NCBI RefSeq assembly: GCF_006345805.1
Contig: NC_043013.1
Span: 5,084,001 to 5,148,000, forward strand
Direction: 5' to 3'
DNA length: 64,000 bases
From: Octopus sinensis
Lineage: Eukaryota
Shown: piece by piece, positions 39,305 through 51,723 of the stretch
How the letters are laid out: every line of letters begins with the position of its first letter
Numbering within the stretch: the first letter of the stretch is position 1
Program-made: the position numbers and the translations under genes
Notes under the pieces: generated by a model
What the model was told of the DNA's origin: nothing
Database searches by the model: none
What the model saw: the letters and a program-made list of their open reading frames with translations, nothing else

Positions 39305-40287
39305 GTATATATGTATATATACTTATATGTATATATATATGTATGTGTATATACATACACACATGTCTAAAGTGAATATCTTAATTACTTAGATTAGATT
39401 CCTTTATTCTTATCTAGGGTTTCCTTGCCAATAATCCTTGTATAGATAATAATCTGCAATAAGAAGATTTGTTCAGCCATATATAAAACAAGTAATACCT
39501 ATGGAGCCCTCGTTTCTAACAAATCAGATTATCTTAACCCTTCTTATACTAACCCACCTGAAAACCCCCACCAACCTGGTTCCATGGCAACAACTTCCTG
39601 TGCTAAAGTGATCTAAATTAGAACCTTCAATCAAAATTCCATGTTAATTTATATTCAAAACACTAGCTTATTAATGAGAAAGCTGTTTGAAAAATTCTCA
39701 TCTTTTAAATTAATTAAAGCGAAGATGGTGTATTTCACCAGAAATATGGTAATGAAAGAGTTAATTATAATTATGTGAAGTTTTGTTTCTAAATCTCATA
39801 ATTATGTAACAGTAAATAATTAAAAATAAACAGTTAAGATATATAATTTGGATAATATAAAGAGAAATAAACAAATCTAATAATATGAAATATCTTATGA
39901 CTTTTATCAGTAAGTTGATATTTCCAATAAATATTTTGAAGCCACAGTGTCATGGAAGAACCATTAAATAACACTCTTCAAATTTGAATTTATTTAAATG
40001 AGGTGCTAATATTTTCATCATACACCTGTGGGGAAGTGTGTCAGCGTCAGTAAACTGACCAGGTCACAGTTGTGTAATGAGGGTTTTGACTCCTCATGAA
40101 ATAAATTTAAAGTGAATTTAACTCCATCTCTCTGTTATTAACCCTTTTGATAACAACATCTGTGAAACTCTTCTGGTTCTACAATACTAATTTGTTATTT
40201 TAAAGAGATATTAATTAACCCATAAATACCCTTGGTTGCATTTTCACAATGTTATACCTGTTCCTACTTGTTTGGACATGAACTCAC

Positions 40288-40356
40288 CAGGAAGCATCTA
40301 ACGGAGCATAGGAAATGTTCAGTTGGTAGTCAACACCCAGAGCTAACAGTTGCATA
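40288..40356 (-). CDS. Candidate exon of the unidentified minus-strand gene: (H)MQLLALGVDYQLNISYAPLDAS
   Basis: ggaacag| ... |gtgagt. Only the phase-2 frame is open, which matches the phase-2 end of the 41589-41764 exon. The acceptor is weak. Confidence 0.4.
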
Positions 40357-40675
40357 CTGTTCCAGATTGTGAAAGTTTACCATAATGTTTAATCTAAATA
40401 CTGTGAAATTTAAGACTTCATTTTTTTATGGGAATATATGGGTTAAACGTTTCCATCAAAATTTTGTGTTTTGTCCCAAAAAGCTGATTATTAATGACAA
40501 AAGTTATTTTACTAAATTCTTTGTTATTTTTTAAATAAATTGAAAGAAAGGCAGTGTAATTCAAAAGAAATCTAGTAACAGGGGTTAAAGGGATCCAAAT
40601 TAAAACCTTCCATTAAAATTTCTTGTTAATTTCTTCCAAGCATCAAATAAACAAGAACAAGGTTATATTCTATTA

Positions 40676-40902
40676 TTAACCCTTTGGCATTTAAACTGGC
40701 CGTATCCAGCCCAAATATGCCTCCTGTTTTCTGTGCAAACTGGCCAGATCCTGCCTCTCACACCAATCCTACAATGTCATTCTAAAAATAGGCAAAACCA
40801 TCATTGAAATCTCAAAGCTATGAGACAATACATGATTAATTCAGAACAATAAGAATAAATAAGCTTTACATTTGGCAGAGTAATTTGAACACTGAAGGGT
40901 TA
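40676..40902. mobile_element. TTAA-bounded MITE (TTAACCCTT...AAGGGTTA family)
   Basis: Ends TTAACCCTTTGGCATT and GAAGGGTTA. Related pieces occur near 13735-14036, 26100-27065, 39535-39775, 43490-43680, 54770-54911 and 58820-58941. Confidence 0.6.
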
Positions 40903-41588
40903 CAGCAGAGTATTTCAACAGACATATAACAGAATTGGTTAACAGGCTCTTCCATGATTTCACTGCTTCAGATTATTTATTTATTTATTTATTTGGCTGC
41001 ATATTCAAAAATAAAAGAAATTATCAAACATAATTTATCTATAAATCTTTCATTTGTTGCGGTTCTGTAGCTTCTCAGTTCCAAATCCCTTCCAAGGTCA
41101 CCTTTGCCTTTCATCCTTTCGGGAGTTGATAAAATAAAGGACCAGCTAAATTCTGGGAAAACATTTAATCAACTAACCTCCTCCCCCTACATCACTAGCC
41201 TTGTGCAAACGTTAGAAACAATTATTATTATTATTATTATTATTATTGAGTGAGAGAGCAGTGCATGCCATCCTTTCAGGGTCGATAAATTAAGTATCAG
41301 TAAAGTCCTGGGGTTGATCTAATCAACTTGCCCCTTCCCCAAAAATTTCAGGCCTTGTACCTATAGTAGAAAAGATTATTATTATTATTGTTATTATTAT
41401 TATTATTATTTAAACTAAAAAAAAAACATGAAGAAACAACAAAAGAAGTAGTGCACCAGACTAAATTCTTTACAGCATTTAGTTTTTTTTTTGCCCCTCC
41501 CCCCTCTTCATTCTGACTTTAAATGTTCCAAGATTGACTTTGCTTCTTTTTTTTTTTTTTTCGCTGGTGTCAAATAACAGTAACATAC

Positions 41589-41764
41589 TGGGGTCCATTC
41601 ATTTCAGCCACTTTCTTCCACTTCAAGGAATGTTTTTGTTGTTCATAGTCAAGAGAAACCTTCATTATTGCTTCAGAAATTGTTGCCTGCTTGTCTTGTG
41701 TTCTTGTTACTTTTGCTTCCAAGTCCAAATTGAGAATTAAATTAGTTACATACAGAATAGCATC
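41589..41764 (-). CDS. Internal exon of an unidentified minus-strand gene: DAILYVTNLILNLDLEAKVTRTQDKQATISEAIMKVSLDYEQQKHSLKWKKVAEMNGP
   Basis: Acceptor tatttcttttaacatcag|, donor |gtatgt, 176 bp. One frame is fully open (58 codons + 2 nt) and the other two stop early; composition is non-repetitive. Confidence 0.7.
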
Positions 41765-42092
41765 CTGATGTTAAAAGAAATACAATTCTTATTGAAAAAT
41801 TAGAACATTTCCAGCTTTTATTTTAATTATATATTTTAGTCTATATATATATATATATATATATATGCTCTTTAGTAAAAGCTCTATGCAAACCGTCCTT
41901 GCTTTAGTGAACTTCCTGTCCATCATTTCTTTTGACATTTTTACTGTATTTTAGTCAATATATGGGGCCTTATTACATAATAGAATTAATTAGTGCTATT
42001 AACTAAACGACTTCCAACTTGGAAACTTAGCTCTTCTTTCTAAAGTACAGCATGGAGAAAGTCCAGCTATTTTTCTAGTTTCCAACCAATAC

Positions 42093-42157
42093 TAAGAGGT
42101 GTTTTGCTGATGTTGTAGCTACGAAAACAGGGTTTCCGAGAAAGATTATTATTTCAC
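42093..42157 (-). CDS. Candidate upstream exon of the same gene: xEIIIFLGNPVFVATTSAKHLL
   Basis: Acceptor aatttaattttatcag|, donor |gtattg. The single open frame ends in phase 0 and joins the next exon in frame. Confidence 0.5.
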
Positions 42158-45100
42158 CTGATAAAATTAAATTTCATTTGTTGAACAGACAGATTATGCT
42201 TGTAAATCAAGAAAATATAAAAATAGGAGCAGTTTAAGAAAGAATTGTTGTTGTACACTTTGGTTATATGTCTCAGTATTGTTGGTTCTATTAGAATGGT
42301 GAGTTGGTGGAACCGCTAAAGCATTGGACAAAATAATTTGCAACATTTATTTCGATGCTTTAGACTCTGGGTTCAACTTTGTTGTTCATCCTTTCAGAGT
42401 CAATAAAATAAAATAAAATACCAGGTTTGTACTGGGGGTCAGTTATACTGGTAAGCCCTCTCTTCACAAAACTGCCTGTTTTGTACCAATATTAGAAACA
42501 AGTGTGGTTCCACTACGAAGTCAATCTATATTGAAGTTTAATTAGTTTTGCTTAATTAATTTTGCATAGTGATGTAAAAAACTACATTTTTAGTATTTTT
42601 TTTTTATATCTAATAAATTTGTAAAGGTGTACAGATTAGTTTAGGACCAAAGTGTTCAACAGGTATAAAACAGGTAGAGGTTTGCTGATAGGTATGTCTA
42701 TGAGTGTGTGCCCCTTGCCCCTTTTTTTTTACTTACTCCCTAGCCACTCCGTCTACATTCTTTCTTCATCTTTCCTCCTTATTTTCTGCAACTCCCTAAA
42801 ACTTTCTGTCTTCATTATACTCCAAACCAAGCACTAACTTTCAATTCTTTAAATACACATACTTATTTCTATGTTGCTTCATTGTTTACTGTTGCTATCC
42901 AAGAGCCTCCATCCATGCCATCAACTATAGACAGTAACACCCCTTCCTCCTCATTGGTTAAAATTATTAAATGTTCTACTCACCCACAGTTAATTCTGCC
43001 CCTATTTTTTAAATGTTGCGCCATGTTTTTAAAGAATATATTTTCTCACAAATATACTGCTCTTACCGTTTTTGGTCCAAGGCAGAGAAATCGAGGAATT
43101 TATCGTATGATATTCAACAATATGTTATTTGAAACATAATTTTTGTTTGTTTGTTTTTCTTATATATTTTTCCTCATTTTTTTTTCTGACTTTTTGTTTC
43201 TCCAGAAATATTTGAACAGATTTTTTTTTTTTTTTCAAAACAAATTCTGCCAAAGTGGACTGCACTTTAGAGTTGATTCCTAACAATAGAAATGTCCATT
43301 TAGATTTTTCTTTTTACTTGTCTTATTTAAAATTTTTAGTGAGTTGGCAATATTGTCTACATGAAACCTCTTTCAGTCTAGAATATTATTAGAACTCAAC
43401 CCATACTCAATACCACAAACTAACCTCATAATAAACCAATGATCATGGCCCATGGTTTTCCTCCCATCTTATAACCATTTCATTTCACTTTAACCCTTTT
43501 GAGACCAACCCTGGTTCCATGATAAATGTTCCATCAAAATTTCATGTTATGTTCTAAACTTCAGTTTAATAATGACAAAGTTATTTTAGTAAATTCCTCA
43601 TTATTTTCCAAATTAATTTGACACAAATGCAATGTATTTCAACTGAAATATGGTAGCAAAAGAGTTAAAGTGATCGAAATTAAAGTAATTTACATTTCCT
43701 GATTCTGATGGTCAATGAGGAATTATCTAGAGCTAATTATCATTTAAGAAATGAGTCAGGATTGAATTCAAAACAATGAGACACAGATCTAAAACATCTA
43801 ACCTATTTCAGTATTAAAATCCCCTAGCATATAACTGGTACACACAGTAGAGTCATGGACATTTTTAATAACCTAATTAGATGGACAAGTTCTGGTTACA
43901 TCTCCACTAAGAACCACGACTTTCCATTTCCTTCTCTCCACAATAATCCTATAATTCCTTGCCCTTATAGGCAATTATTATGACACTCAAGAAAACCATG
44001 AAGGCCACAACATCTTATTTCATGCCAATTTTAAGAATAATTTTGCTGACAGAGGAGTAAGTTACTGAATCAAGTTCATAGCAAAAATTCAATTTTGATT
44101 CTCGATTGGAATGACTTACTCTGCTAATAATGCCTTTGGGAGAAGCAACAATGCCACAACTTCATATTTACCTTTGCCCATAACTTCACAGCTTTATGCC
44201 TAATTATTATGAAGAAGAAGAAGAAAAAAAAAAAACAACCAAATTTTCTCGTTTACAACACTCAACGTTTATATTTAAAATGTGTTATTGAAAACACTAA
44301 CATGCATGTACCAGGTGATGCACGTTTTATTCCTTTTTGTTTTGCATGTTTACACATATACACTGTTAATTGCACCTATCCGTGTATGTATGAGTTCATT
44401 GATATGCATGTAGGCAGTTGTTTCATTCAGAATTCTATTTATATGATGTAAATATATGTGGTTGTCAGCTGGTCTTTTAACTGTTAATTTATATATATAA
44501 GTATACATATATATATATATGTGTGTGTATGTGTGTAAATAGATGGGGTTTTTTTTCATCTGTATGTATATGTATCTCTATGTGTGTGTGTGTATATATA
44601 TATATTATATTATATTCATTATAGCTTCAAAAAACTTTAACATTTATGCAAATATCTGTATATTTTGTACATGTACATATGCATATCCATCTACATCGAC
44701 ACTTGCACAAATACACAAAGAATTACGCCTGAATAGAGACGTCTGCATCGTTGTCTTAGCAGTATACGTGTGTGTGTGTGTGTTTGCATGTCTATGTGTG
44801 TGTATATATATATATTAATACATAGATGTGTGTGTCTGTATACATGTGTTTGTATATATATGTGTATGTGTGTGTCTTTCTCTCTCTCCTCTCTCTCTCT
44901 CTCTCTCCCTATATACATACATATATATATATATATATTTAAAATGTATGTCTATATACACAAGCATATAAACATATATATGTATTATTCTTATATTCCA
45001 CTGAGGTCTATATAGTATTTCATCCTTTCGGGATTGATAAAATAAGTACCAGTTAAATACTGGTGTTGATGTAATTGGCTAGACCCCTCCTGCAAAAATC

Positions 45101-46269
45101 TTAGGCTTTGTACCGTTAGTTGAAATTATTATTATCAATTATTATTGGGGGAGAATTCTACAGGAGTTACAGAAGGGCTTCTATTAATTGCTTTCACACA
45201 AAGCTCTCATCCTTTTTTGAACTATAACATTCTCAGCTAATAAAAAAAAAAAAGAAAAACAAGAATTATATACACTCTACCTTGTGTTTTAAGTTCTCTT
45301 TCTCTCATTTATAAACCCTGCCACACAAACACAATATGTGTGTATATGTGTGCTTGTGTGCATATATAAACTTTTATAAGGAAAAGGTTTTAGGTAACTT
45401 TGAAGTTTTGGTCTGCTGGTCAGCACCAAGCTGCTATATATATTGGTTCTTTGGGGTGCTTTATATAGTCTTTGGCAGGTCGTCTTTTTGGTAGGTGCAG
45501 CTATGTGAATGACAATTAGGTGGGTGTGGTGTTGTTGGACAGGGGAACCAAAGCAGAGTACAGCTTGATGGAAGCAAGCAGGCCACACACTTCAAAGTTA
45601 CTGTCAACGATCTCCTGGTATAAGTTACTAAACATATATTCTACTAAAAAGTATTGGGTCATACCTCAGTTTAATGTTAAATTGTTTCTATATATAACTT
45701 GGTATAAAAACAAAAATTGCTATATATATATCATATATATATATATATATATATACTTATGTTATACATACCCCGTGTCTCACATGTCTGTTAGGTTATA
45801 AAGTAACAGTTCAATGTTAAATACTGCCTAGTATGGGACAGCTGGTATACATTAATCTGTGGATATATATATTGTATTATATAAATGTATGTATGTATGT
45901 ATACCTCTTCCTGTGTTGCTATATTTCGTAGATGTGGAGAGCAAGGAGTGTATATATGTGTTAATGAAAGAGCTGTATGATTTCTCTACAGTTTCATACC
46001 AGAAAGTGCTGAAATGTTGTTGATGATGATGATGTTGTTATGCCAGAATTCTAAAGCTATTTTTCTCTCACTTCAAAATCTATGGCTGTTATTCTTTATT
46101 TCTTAACGATGTTTATTGACATTCTTGAATGGAAGAGAAACTTTTAAACAACTGTGGTAAATAAATATGTAAAATAAAACAAAAAGTGTTTTGTTACTTG
46201 TCTGAATTTTTCTGTTTTACAAAGAAATTGACATTGTGTGTGTGTGTGTACTTTTTATTTTTTTATTTT

Positions 46270-46605
46270 TCAGTCATTTGACTGGCCATGGCGGAGCACT
46301 GCCTTTAGTCGAGCAAATCGAGCCCAGGACTTATTCTTTGTAGGCCTAGTACTTATTCTATCTATCTCTTAATCCGAGCCGCTAAGGGACGTAAACACCC
46401 CAACATCAGTTGTTAAGTGATGGTAGGGACACACACACACACACGTATATGACAGGCTTCTTTCAGTTTCCGTCTACCAAATCCACTCACAAGGCTTCAG
46501 TTGGCCCGAGGCTATAGTAGAAGACACTTGCCCAAGTTGCCATGCGGTGGGACTGAACCCGGAACCATATGGTTGGTAAGTAAGCTACTTACCACACAGC
46601 CAGAG
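46270..46605 (-). mobile_element. tRNA-derived SINE (family A)
   Basis: Reverse complement of 59005-59442. Confidence 0.8.
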
Positions 46606-46796
46606 AGATATAATTGACAATCCAATAATTTAGTTATACTAAAATTATTATATTATAATATAACATTAGTATAATTAACATGACTATAACAAATAATTAT
46701 TAAAACATCTAAATGCCAACAATTTCTTTTGACTTATATCCATTCTTTGATCTATATACAATTCCCTTATATATATAAGTCTCTTCAAATGCAGAG

Positions 46797-46839
<43 letters not shown>

Positions 46840-47160
46840 CATCATCATTTAACGTCCGTTTTTCCATGCTAGCATGGGTTGGATGGTTTGACCGGGGTCT
46901 GGTAAGCCATGGAGGCTGCACACAAAGCTCTCATCTGATTTGGCAGAGTTTCTACAGCTGGATGCCCTTCCTAATGCCAACCACTCCGTGAGTGGAGTGG
47001 GTGTTTTTTACGTGCCACCATCACAGGGGCCAGAGCAGGCTGGCAAATGGCCACAACCGGTTTTACGTATCACCGACACGGACGCCAGTCAGGTGGCGCT
47101 GACATCTGCCACATTCGGACGGTGCTTTTTACGTTTCACAGGCACGGGTGTCTTAACTAT
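46840..47160 (-). mobile_element. RTE LINE 3' end fragment
   Basis: (CAT)n tail plus TTTAACGTCCGTTTTTCCATGCTAGCATGGG...GGATGCCCTTCCTAATGCCAACC. Confidence 0.8.
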
Positions 47161-47209
47161 AATTTCCATTTGATTTTTATCTGGCATATATATATATATA
47201 TATATAATA

Positions 47210-49382
47210 TATTATGCCTCAGTCCCAATATAGAGGATGCAGAAGTACACGTACCAAAATATGCCATACTGCGAACAGACAGAAGGGAAAGGAGCCATGG
47301 TGGTGTTGCTGTATATATCCATGATGACCTCACACGCCAGGTCTTACTGTCATACTCAAATTCAGTATGTGACACTCTAATTGTATACAAAAGACAACAC
47401 AATATAGTCATATGCAATACATATTGTGCACCGGATGCTCCAAACCACACAGGCAAGTTTGAAGATTGCCTCACAAGAATTAAAGAAATCCTCATGAATC
47501 TGGAACACCACGTGACCATATTTCTTATGGGTGATTTCAACTCCCCCAACATCAAATGGCCTGAAGGCCTCATGCTCTCAGGAATGACTCATTGCAAACA
47601 AGCACAGGTGGAGTCCCTGCTCAACCTCACCAATGCCCTATTCATGGAGCAAGTTGTACTCAGACCAACTGGGGTGAATAACATTTTGGATCTCTGCTTC
47701 ACGAACAATATGGACATCGTTCATGATGTGAAAGTGACACCGACATTAGTCTTGGATCACAACATAATAGAGCTGTCTTTGTTTTGGTCGAAAGTAGCCA
47801 GAGACATACAGCCTAAAAGAAGCAACCGAAACATCTCCAATCTGAACTTCCACAAAGCAGACTGGAATTTATCCAAAAAGAGATCCTCAGAGAGGACTGG
47901 CCGAAATGTCTCTCCACACCAGACATTGGCATGAAACTAGAATATTTCATGTCTGTTATGCAAGCCATATGCCAGAAATATGTCTCAGAGCACAAGACCA
48001 AAACAAATAGGAACAAGATTCCAAGGGAGAAGAAGATCCTCATGAGACAATGGACGAAGGTTGCAAATCGCCTCAACCAACATCCCAAAAGTAATTAAAT
48101 GTCCCACCTAAAAACAACACTGATGGAGATTGAAAAAAGCCTGCAACAATCCTATTTGAGGGAGAGAGCAGACAAAGAAGCCTGGGTTATAAAAAACATT
48201 AAGTCAAACCTAAAGGCCTTCTTTCATTATGCTAAAGAAACAGCCTCAGTATGCTGCAAGACAGGACCTCTCTTCCAAAAGGATGACTCTCTCACAAATA
48301 GTCCAACTAGGATCAGTGAGGTACTGAATGACCAGTTCAAAAGTGTCTTTACCACCCCGTTGGAACACAGACAAGTGAACGAACCAGTGGACTTCTTTGC
48401 CACCTCACTTATAGCCAGTGAGGCAGTTACGATGGAATACATCAACATTAGAAAAAGAGGATATACTATTAACCATAGCTGAGGTGAATGCAAACTCAAC
48501 TGCTGGTCCAGATGGTTTCCCAGCAATCCTACGTGCCCTGGAAAAACCCCTCCAGATTCTCTTCCAGAGCTTTCTTGCAAATGGCAGATTGCCAAGCAAG
48601 CTGAAGGCAGGAATATGTCCAATCCATAAAGGGGGAAGCAGAACAGATGCCAAAAACTATAGGCCTATCTCTCTGACTTTACATATCAGCAAAGTCACAG
48701 AACAGATAGTCAAGAGGGAAACTAATCGCATTCCTTGATGAAAATAACTTGCTAAGTGATACTCAGCATGGCTTTCGACCAGGTAGGAGCTGCCTGACCC
48801 AGCTCTTACAACATTATGACTGGGTGTTGAGACATTTACGCAAAAACTTAAATGTGGATGTAATATACCTTGATTTTGCAAAAGCTTTTGACAAGGTGGA
48901 TCATGGTATGATATGCCACAAATTGTGTGATCTCGGCATAGTTGGAAAACTTGGAGAGTGGTTACATGACTTTCTGAAAGATAGAAGTCAGACAGTAGTG
49001 GCCAATGGAGCCACCTCAATGAAAACACAAATAGTGAGCGGTGTTCCACAGAGCACTGTCTTGGGACCACTGCTTTTCATAGTGGCCTTCTCAGATATGC
49101 CCTCAACTGCCCAGATAGCCACCCTTACTAGCTATTCAAATGATATGAAAGTCTCACAGAAAATATAGAACCCCAGCGATGTTGCAGCAGGAGTTGGGCT
49201 CTATTTACAGATGGGCTGAGAATAATAATATGCAGTTTAATGCTGAAAACTTCCAAGCCCTGCGCTACCAGTGTCCAAAACTGAATATGAAACTTACAGG
49301 GTACATTGGTCCACAGGGAATTACAATTCCAGAGCCTAAATCAGTGAGGGACCTGGGTATCGACATGAGTGATGATACAGTT
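47210..49382 (+). mobile_element. Decayed CR1-group LINE ORF2 (AP endonuclease + reverse transcriptase)
   Basis: APE motifs RTDRRERSHGGVAVYI, FLMGDFNSPNIKW, NILDLCFTN and DHNII. RT motifs GPDGFP, NYRPISL, QHGFRPGRSCLTQLL, YLDFAKAFDKVDH and GVPQSTVLGPLLF. The catalytic YADD is decayed to YSND and there are several frameshifts. Confidence 0.92.
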
Positions 49383-49394
49383 ATTTGAACTGAA

Positions 49395-50442
49395 TGACTG
49401 ATGGTGACAGTGTGAGATGCCATTGCAACTTCTGCGACTATTATTTTACATTTTTCATCTGTGTTTTTCTTGATCAAGAAGTTTATTTTACCGGCTTCTT
49501 TCGAAGTAGAGGCATTACTACTTTCGTGCTTTGCTGTTTCTCAGTGTTGCTTAGTATCAGACTTCCCGCCAATGTTCAATACTGAAAGTGCAATTACATG
49601 CACCATGGTTTCCTTTCTAAAGAGCTTCTGCTTTGTTTGACAAATGTCCTTTCGCTGGAATATTCATCACGAAATTTACAATTACGTTTTGGCATCATGG
49701 AATGGATGGATTACTGGGCTGTGACAAGTGGCAAGAAAAGTGGGCTCTGGCAAATAGTAACAACACATGTTGTTGACAGTATCAAGTTGCAAACAGATCC
49801 CACGTCGGTTTTGTGCAAACTTCTAGCAACAAGAGTTTCCTAGTTACATTTAGATTATTTTCTGCAAGAGAATATGAAAAAAGAAAGTATAATCTTTATA
49901 TATAAAAGTGAGGTTGTGTGCTGTCTGTTTCCTACGATTTAGATTCCTAACTACTCCCACATTTTGCAGTGCAGTTTAACCAAAACCGGGTATCTTATAG
50001 TCGTGATTCATATCGAGCCCTTCTGGGTATTAGCGCGCGTCTACAATGAGTCTACGATTTAAAAAAAAAATTACCATCATTTTTTCCATTTTAATGCATT
50101 TTTTCGCTATTATATAAGGGAAGTAACTCTCTAAAAATCATTTTTTTTTTCCATTTTTGACGTATTTTTTTGCTATTTTTTGGCTATAACTCTCTAAAAA
50201 TGCTTATATAGTTATTTCCCTTACAAACCTGAGCAACGCCGGGCGATACTGCTAGTTACTTATAAAGTTACAACTAAGAACCATAAAAAGGTAAGTAAAA
50301 ATATTTTTTTTTATTACGAGATTTGAAAATGAACTAAATACGGGACATTTGGGGTGTCCCTGAAAAGTCAGTATGGGACAGGGGATAAAATTATCAAATA
50401 TGGGACATGTCTCGTATATATAAGGGACGTCTGGCAACTCTA
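49395..50442 (-). mobile_element. hAT (Blackjack-like) transposon 5' relic: TIR, subterminal repeats, transposase N-terminus; interrupted by a Helitron
   Basis: The minus end TAGAGTTGCCAGACGTCCC is followed by several GTCCC(G/A)TA repeats (50340-50442). Frameshifted coding MPKRNCKFRDEYSSE...CTFSIEH/GGKSDTKQH*ETAKH...KIIVAEVAMASHTV (~49395-49700) resembles the zinc-finger N-terminus of hAT transposases. Confidence 0.72.
49893..50255 (+). mobile_element. Non-autonomous Helitron (copy 1)
   Basis: Starts A|TCTTTATATAT and ends with the subterminal hairpin CCTGAGCAACGCCGGG then CTAG|T; no TSD. Confidence 0.82.
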
Positions 50443-50919
50443 AGTTAAAGGTATGTTGCGTTTAAATAAGGGGACAGTCAAATCCTACGCTACGTCACTG
50501 ATCTTTATTCAGATTAGATATAAACATTAATATCTTTATTCAATTCGAATATAAAGATGCAGTAGTAAATAATGAAATGTTAATTATGAGGATTTTGTTG
50601 TTTTTTAAAAATAATTTTTCAAGGGAAATAATTCCAGCACGTACATTCAATATCAGACTTATTTCCCTTTAACTGCTTATAATGGTTATCTAAATCCGAT
50701 AGATTCGTTCCGTCCATCGGTTTTTTTTTTTAATGCTGGAATTGTTCCAATATATCACTTCTAAAATTTCCATGCAGTTCATTCCATGTGAGATAAGCAT
50801 TAACATCGATAGATTAAAACCTATATAATGAAAGGAAATTCAGCTAAAATCTGTGTGAGTTTTCTTAAATCTTCAACATGGTCGATAAGATTTCCGTCGA
50901 TCACGGTTAAACATATTTA

Positions 50920-51210
50920 CTAGCAGTATCGCCCGGCGTTGCTCGGGTTTGTAAGGGAAATAACTATATAAGCATTTTTAGAGATGTAAAGTATAATAGC
51001 CATCTCAATATGGCTAACCACAAGGGGGGGGGCGTTACTGTAGCTTTTTACGTTCTGAGATTTAATAATAAATTTTTAGAGAGTTACTTCCCTTATATAT
51101 GCCAAAAATGAATTAAAAATGGGAAAAATTGATGGTAAATTTTTTTTTAAATCGTAGACTCATCGTAGACGCGCGCTAATACCCAGAAGGGCTCGATATG
51201 AATCACAACT
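50920..51210 (-). mobile_element. Non-autonomous Helitron (copy 2, 5'-truncated)
   Basis: ACTAGCAGTATCGCCCGGCGTTGCTCGGG is the reverse complement of the 3' end of copies 1 and 3; homology stops at ~51210. Confidence 0.8.
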
Positions 51211-51528
51211 TTAGGCAAGAAGTTGAACATTTTTTTTTGCCCATGAAACTACATGGACCCTAAGTAAGGCATGTATAAAATTTGAATGAAATTGGTTGTG
51301 TAGTTCTCAAGTTTTAGGGAATCGTAGTGGAGAAGATATGATATTGCTGTGGGCTCGCCCTAGGCAAAAAGTTAAAAATTACCATATATATATATATTTT
51401 TTTTCTATAACCTCTGTTGTAGAAAACACAGTCCCGCCTGTGTGGCAAGAAGCCTGTTGCTTAGCTATATGGTTCTGGGTTTAGCACCACTGTGTGACAC
51501 CAGATTTCTCCTACTATAGCTGCCCTCT

Positions 51529-51571
51529 GTGTGTGTGTGTGTGTGGGTGGGTGTGTGTGTGTGTGTGTGTG

Positions 51572-51604
<33 letters not shown>

Positions 51605-51650
51605 TGTGCGCGTGTGTGTGTGTGTGTACGTGCATGCGTGTGTGGCTGTG
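51529..51650. repeat. (GT)n microsatellite
   Basis: Directly visible. Confidence 0.9.
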
Positions 51651-51723
51651 TTTGTGCTTGTCCAAAAACCTGAATGGGTGTCATTGCAAAGAGATTATCT
51701 GTTTTGAACAAGAGAAAAAGAAA

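Noticed and set aside
42860-43075. Minus-strand coding-looking pieces (GVLLSIVDGMDGGSWIAT; SISLPWTKNG|gtaaga; MAQHLKNRGRINCG|gtgagt)
   Set aside because: Each is closed by nearby stops or lacks an acceptor or compatible phase.
44120-44199. Minus-strand exon candidate with ATG: MGKGKYEVVALLLLPKALLA|gtaagt
   Set aside because: It has good splice signals, but I found no phase-compatible exon linking it to 42093-42157; left unassigned.
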